From Prevotella sp. (GTDB lineage: Bacteria; Bacteroidota; Bacteroidia; Bacteroidales; Bacteroidaceae): 64,000 bases of DNA. The translations under genes were made by a program, and so were the position numbers. Positions 59,738 to 64,000 of this stretch are shown one piece after another (the first letter of the stretch is position 1; the number at the start of each line of letters is the position of its first letter). Location: positions 152 to 64,151 of the forward strand of contig JAILAI010000284.1 of the NCBI GenBank assembly GCA_024681705.1, given 5' to 3'. The notes under the pieces were generated by a model, which was given only the letters and a program-made list of their open reading frames with translations, had not been told where the DNA came from and made no database searches.

Positions 59738-60280
59738 ATGCGTAAGCTCCGGACGATAGAGATGCAACGGTTGTCGGTGGAAGAGTTCCGCCAGGCCGAA
59801 AAGCTTCCACTAGTGGTGGTGCTCGACGATGTGCGGTCGATGTACAACATTGGCTCGGTGTTCCGCACGGCCGACGCCTTCCGCGTGGAAGCGGTCTATC
59901 TCTGTGGCATCACCGCCACGCCGCCACATCCCGAAATCCACAAGACGGCGCTGGGCGGTGAGGATAGCGTCAGCTGGAAATACTTCCCCACGGCTCTCGA
60001 GGCCGTCGAGGACTTACAACAACAGGGCTACTTCGTCTATGCGGTGGAACAATGCGAGGGAAGCACCAAGCTTCAGGAGATTGCTCCCGACAGTCCTGAG
60101 GCGGCCCAAAGATGTGCCATCGTCTTCGGCAACGAAGTGAAAGGCGTACATCAAGAAGTCGTCGACCAATGCAATGGTTGTCTCGAAATACCACAATTCG
60201 GCACTAAGCATTCTCTCAACGTGTCCGTCACCGCAGGCATCGTTATCTGGGAGTTTGCGAAAAGGAAGATGGAACTATAG
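59738..60280 (+). CDS. SpoU/TrmH family RNA methyltransferase
   Basis: NIGSVFRTAD, FGNEVKG and HSLNVSV motifs. Confidence 0.92.
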   Translation: MRKLRTIEMQRLSVEEFRQAEKLPLVVVLDDVRSMYNIGSVFRTADAFRVEAVYLCGITATPPHPEIHKTALGGEDSVSWKYFPTALEAVEDLQQQGYFVYAVEQCEGSTKLQEIAPDSPEAAQRCAIVFGNEVKGVHQEVVDQCNGCLEIPQFGTKHSLNVSVTAGIVIWEFAKRKMEL

Positions 60281-60500
60281 AAGTTCAAGAACCCTATGAA
60301 CTCTCTGCCTACCGCCAACGGCCGCTTTCTCCTCAAGAAAACCCCTCTTCCCCTCAGCCATCCTCTCCTATAGGGATTTCCCCTCAACATTTAGGAAATT
60401 GCCCCTTGCGGGGTTGAAGAAAAAGTTGTTTCTTTGCACATGAAAATGCAAGGAAACATTTTTTATTTGATCATCTTAAAGTAAAAAAGGAGACGGAAAC

Positions 60501-61199
60501 ATGAAAAAATTATTTCTCACATCACTGGCTTGTCTGCTGGCCTTGTTGCCTTTGCAGGCACAGAACTACCAGCGTAGCCGCTACTATAACCCTCATAGCG
60601 GACGGCTGGACTATAGGCACGGTCGCAGCACCGGCACTTGGCGCGGTGGCAGCAACTACTATTACTACGGACTCCGCATCGGTCCTTCGTTCAGTACGGT
60701 GAGCAGCGATGATCCATACCTCGACGGCAGCAGCATGAAGACGGGTCTCAATGTGGGTATGGCAACGGGATTCAACATCAACCGCACGCCATTGTTCTTC
60801 GAGACGGGTCTCTACTACACCGAGAAAGGCGGCAAGGGAAAGGCCGACGGCGACCGCTTCACCTACAACCTAAACTACCTGGAGGTTCCTCTGGTGCTGA
60901 AGTATGATGTCTACATGGGCAACAACTTCTCTATCCAGCCGTTCCTAGGCGGCTATCTGGCTTGTGGTGTCGGCGGAAAGATCAAAGACTTCGGAGCGCG
61001 TGAGGCCTATAGCTCGTTCTCCGACTCGCCCTACTCGTTCCAGCGCTTCGATGGCGGCGTACGCATGGGTTGCGGCATTCAGTACGACATGCTGTATCTC
61101 GACCTAACCTACGACCTCGGACTTGCCAACGTGTCGCACGACGACTTCGACGAAAGTAGCAATAGCGCACTCATGCTGAACTTCGGCCTCAACTTCTAA
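60501..61199 (+). CDS. PorT-like outer-membrane beta-barrel protein
   Basis: Signal peptide, YTEKG, LNYLEVP, amphipathic strands and a terminal Phe. Confidence 0.82.
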   Translation: MKKLFLTSLACLLALLPLQAQNYQRSRYYNPHSGRLDYRHGRSTGTWRGGSNYYYYGLRIGPSFSTVSSDDPYLDGSSMKTGLNVGMATGFNINRTPLFFETGLYYTEKGGKGKADGDRFTYNLNYLEVPLVLKYDVYMGNNFSIQPFLGGYLACGVGGKIKDFGAREAYSSFSDSPYSFQRFDGGVRMGCGIQYDMLYLDLTYDLGLANVSHDDFDESSNSALMLNFGLNF

Positions 61200-61219
61200 G
61201 AAAAGAAAGACGGTGAACA

Positions 61220-61257
61220 AAGAATACCGGACGCGCCTCAACGTGTCCGGTATTCTT
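61220..61257. terminator. Bidirectional terminator hairpin
   Basis: aagaataccggacgcg-cctcaa-cgtgtccggtattctt. Confidence 0.75.
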
Positions 61258-61344
61258 GTATATGATGCAGCCTATCAATCCCCGCAACAATGAATGATTG
61301 CAAATACGAAGAAGGATTTGATATTGTCGTCTAACTACGTCCTA

Positions 61345-61722
61345 TCAATCCCCACAACAAGAATAAATCATTGCAAAGACAAAGAAGGTGTAGATGGCCA
61401 GCCCTGCCAACATATAGAGCCATGAGACAGGACCCGACGGACTCTCCTTCTGCTGGGGTTGTTGCCGAATGGTTTGAACCGTCTGCTTCGTCTTGGGTTG
61501 TCTCTTCTTCCACGCCACATATTCCTCATGGAACTGCTTCCGCAATTCCTCTGGCACATTGCTTTGTCTCGGCTGCGACCTGCTGGCATTCCCTTTTCCC
61601 GACGTGCCGCGATAGGCCTGCATGTATTCGTCGTCGCCATAGACATGAGGGTTCTGTTCCCTGAACTCCAAATCGTAATAGTCAGGGTCGCCACATCCGC
61701 CGCCATAATCTCCGTCGCACAT
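61345..61722 (-). CDS. Hypothetical protein with C-terminal TM
   Basis: 125-aa ORF with a TAtcTTTG box upstream (about 61762-61769) and a hydrophobic C-terminus. Confidence 0.5.
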   Translation of the reverse strand: MCDGDYGGGCGDPDYYDLEFREQNPHVYGDDEYMQAYRGTSGKGNASRSQPRQSNVPEELRKQFHEEYVAWKKRQPKTKQTVQTIRQQPQQKESPSGPVSWLYMLAGLAIYTFFVFAMIYSCCGD

Positions 61723-61846
61723 ATCCGTATCCGTTTTTAGTTCTTATTGACGTTCGTGGTGCAAAGATACACAAATAATTCTGTATCCGCAAATCCTTCA
61801 TCGACTCTGTTCGTCTTTGCTATTTCCCCGCTTTGCAAAAGAAAAA

Positions 61847-61888
61847 AAACTGTTACCAACTGATTTGAATGGTTGTTGGTAACAGTTT
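61847..61888 (-). terminator. Terminator of the TonB receptor operon
   Basis: aaactgttaccaac...gttggtaacagttt stem with an adjacent A-run. Confidence 0.7.
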
Positions 61889-61892
61889 CTGA

Positions 61893-62366
61893 CTATTCAA
61901 CCTTGATAGCCATTGCACGAAGTTGCTGCCATCCGGCTTGGTCGGTGACACGAATCATGAAGTGATAGTCGCCGGGATCGACATCGCTGGGAATTGAAAT
62001 GTCAAATCGTGCGGAGTAGGTTCGCTGCCCTGAGGGAATGGAAAAATCCTTGTTATAAATCCAAGGATTCTGCGGTTTCTTTTCAGCATCCATCGGACAC
62101 TCTGCCGACGAAGTGCCATGCGTGTGATGGTCGAAATTGTTATGTATTTCGATGTTGAAAGACCCTAGCTCGGTATCGTCAGTGAAGACATAGTGAAAAG
62201 GTATGACCTCACCCCGTTTATATACCTGGCAGTCGATGGGATTTGCAACGATGTCGACATCTGAAATAACCGGATAGGTCATGTCTTTACTATCGTTGTC
62301 GTCGTCGGAACTGCTGCACGCACAGAGTGCGCACAGCAGTGATAGGATTAAAATGTTTTTTTTCAT
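61893..62366 (-). CDS. DUF4625-like lipoprotein
   Basis: Lipobox LCAC, plus IHNNFDHHTH and GDYHFMI motifs. Confidence 0.8.
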   Translation of the reverse strand: MKKNILILSLLCALCACSSSDDDNDSKDMTYPVISDVDIVANPIDCQVYKRGEVIPFHYVFTDDTELGSFNIEIHNNFDHHTHGTSSAECPMDAEKKPQNPWIYNKDFSIPSGQRTYSARFDISIPSDVDPGDYHFMIRVTDQAGWQQLRAMAIKVE

Positions 62367-62381
62367 TATTCTGTTTGATTA

Positions 62382-62828
62382 TTAATCGTGGTCATGGTCA
62401 TGGTCATCATCGTCCTCTTCTTCCTCCGTGATGCTCTTCTGGCCAGTGGTAGAAAGACCATTAGCATCGGTAACGGTCAGTTTCAACAGGTCACCAACCA
62501 CCACATTCTTACCAGCAATGTCTACATGCACGTGGAAATCGTCAATATTGAGAACGCCGATGTATTTGCTATCTGTTACCTGACGGGTTACCTTCACCGT
62601 TTTACCAGTTGAATCGTAGATGTTAATGGCAATGGCTGATGTACGTCCAGGTGCCACGATATCGGCCTGAACACACAGTTCATCTCCTTCGATATTAGCT
62701 TCGTCCATCTCGATGGAAGGTGCTGCCGTAGTGTTGTCATCGTCGTCATCGTCGCCACAAGCGGTGAAACCAAGTGAGCACACACTAAAGAGAGCCGTCA
62801 GAAGACTCAGATAAATATACTTTTTCAT
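62382..62828 (-). CDS. DUF4625-like lipoprotein with His/Asp tail
   Basis: Lipobox FTAC, acidic export-signal-like run, FHVHVDI, and terminal DHDHDHD. Confidence 0.72.
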   Translation of the reverse strand: MKKYIYLSLLTALFSVCSLGFTACGDDDDDDNTTAAPSIEMDEANIEGDELCVQADIVAPGRTSAIAINIYDSTGKTVKVTRQVTDSKYIGVLNIDDFHVHVDIAGKNVVVGDLLKLTVTDANGLSTTGQKSITEEEEDDDDHDHDHD

Positions 62829-62890
62829 TGTCGTAATTTTAATGTTTGTAAGAATTGAACTGCAATCGTTGCAGCACTTGAAAATATGAA

Positions 62891-64000
62891 TTAAAACTCC
62901 AATCCCACCATCAGCGAACAGTTGCGCCCGGGTTCAGGAACATCGATGAGGCGGTAATAACTGGTGTGATCGTAGTAGCGATGGTTCAGCAGGTTGTCTG
63001 CATGAAACGCTACGTTAAGATTAGTTTTCCCCAGCGGGAAGTTCTTTCCTGCTGAGAAATTCAATGTCCAATGGCCGTCAGTAGGTTTTTCTGGGGGTAC
63101 AATCTCATTTTGCGTTCCTACGAAATGGGCGTTCATACTGACAAAGCCCTCTCCCTTCATGTCGAATGAATACTTCACGCCTAGGTCGGCAGACCATGGG
63201 GTGCTGAAGGGAAGCGTGTAGCCCTTCTTCTCGCCCGACTTCTGACGAGCGTAGAGATATTCACCCTGCATGTGTGCCTGCCAGTGAGGGGCAAAGTGCC
63301 AAGTCATCTGAGCCTCCACACCATAGCGCAACACCTTTGCCTGTGTGTAATGATAGAGCTGGAGTCCTTCCACATATTGTGCCGTAGGATTGAGGTAGAT
63401 ATAATTCGGGAAATAGTTCAGATAGGGATCTACCTGCACCTCGAGCACCTTGTTTGCCCAGCTCACACTGGCATCTATTTGGTACGACTCCTCAGGGTCG
63501 AGTTGCGCATTGCCTCGCTCGTAGCGGAAGATGTGGTAGTTGATGCCATCGGCACCCAGCTCCTTGGGGATAGGCACGCGGAAACTCTTGCCCGCATTGG
63601 CCTTAAACACCCACTGACCCAGGTTATAGTTGACGCCAGCAGACCAAGTGAGACTATTGAAATAGCGGTGCCTATCGGCAGAACGCTCCACATAGATGTC
63701 GTTGCCATCGACGGGTGTCATATACCAGTCGCTATAGCTATGGATATGCGTCTGGGCATGGTCGAAACGCAAGCCGGCATTCAGTATCAGATTCTTGCTC
63801 AAGGTAAAACGGTCCATCACATAAGCACCCAAGCTCATGGTCTCGAAATCGGGAATGATGAATCCCCAGCCACCTCGACGGTTATGCTGATATTCGCCAT
63901 TCACGCCTCCTCGCAAGGAGTGTTTGCCCATGGAGTAGCGCATCATAAGACTTGCCGTATAGGTGCTTTTGTTGAAACGACGCTCCAGCGGACCGTCGGG
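62891..64000 (-). CDS. TonB-dependent receptor (5' part beyond the window)
   Basis: GLRFD, SFRVP, GNAQLDPE, NLLNHRY and PGRN...GLEF motifs; frame is open to the window edge. Confidence 0.92.
   Translation of the reverse strand, partial: PDGPLERRFNKSTYTASLMMRYSMGKHSLRGGVNGEYQHNRRGGWGFIIPDFETMSLGAYVMDRFTLSKNLILNAGLRFDHAQTHIHSYSDWYMTPVDGNDIYVERSADRHRYFNSLTWSAGVNYNLGQWVFKANAGKSFRVPIPKELGADGINYHIFRYERGNAQLDPEESYQIDASVSWANKVLEVQVDPYLNYFPNYIYLNPTAQYVEGLQLYHYTQAKVLRYGVEAQMTWHFAPHWQAHMQGEYLYARQKSGEKKGYTLPFSTPWSADLGVKYSFDMKGEGFVSMNAHFVGTQNEIVPPEKPTDGHWTLNFSAGKNFPLGKTNLNVAFHADNLLNHRYYDHTSYYRLIDVPEPGRNCSLMVGLEF

Overview
This looks like a chromosomal window from a Bacteroidota organism, probably Prevotellaceae, judging by TAnnTTTG promoter boxes and gene content. 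Housekeeping genes include xerD, secDF, HU, mnmA, pdxK, cobB, a CoA-transferase, comM/yifB, a U32 peptidase, sufE and a SpoU methylase. Two accessory blocks sit side by side. The first is a complete type II-C CRISPR-Cas9 locus: tracrRNA, cas9, cas1, cas2 and 45 repeats with 44 spacers, where each repeat carries a Bacteroidota promoter consensus. The second, and the best candidate for an undescribed system, is an 8-gene ~15.3 kb operon (25862-41208). It joins three divergent P-loop GTPase-like proteins and a GAP1-like membrane scaffold to a very large, divergent FtsW/RodA (SEDS)-like protein, a PBP transpeptidase with a Cys4 motif, and a GH25 muramidase. Also present are two families of dispersed non-coding repeats (one copy has terminal inverted repeats), REP-like palindromes, a duplicated comM 3' end marking an old integration, and two long structured 5' leaders. 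All calls come from reading motifs by eye; no database search was run.
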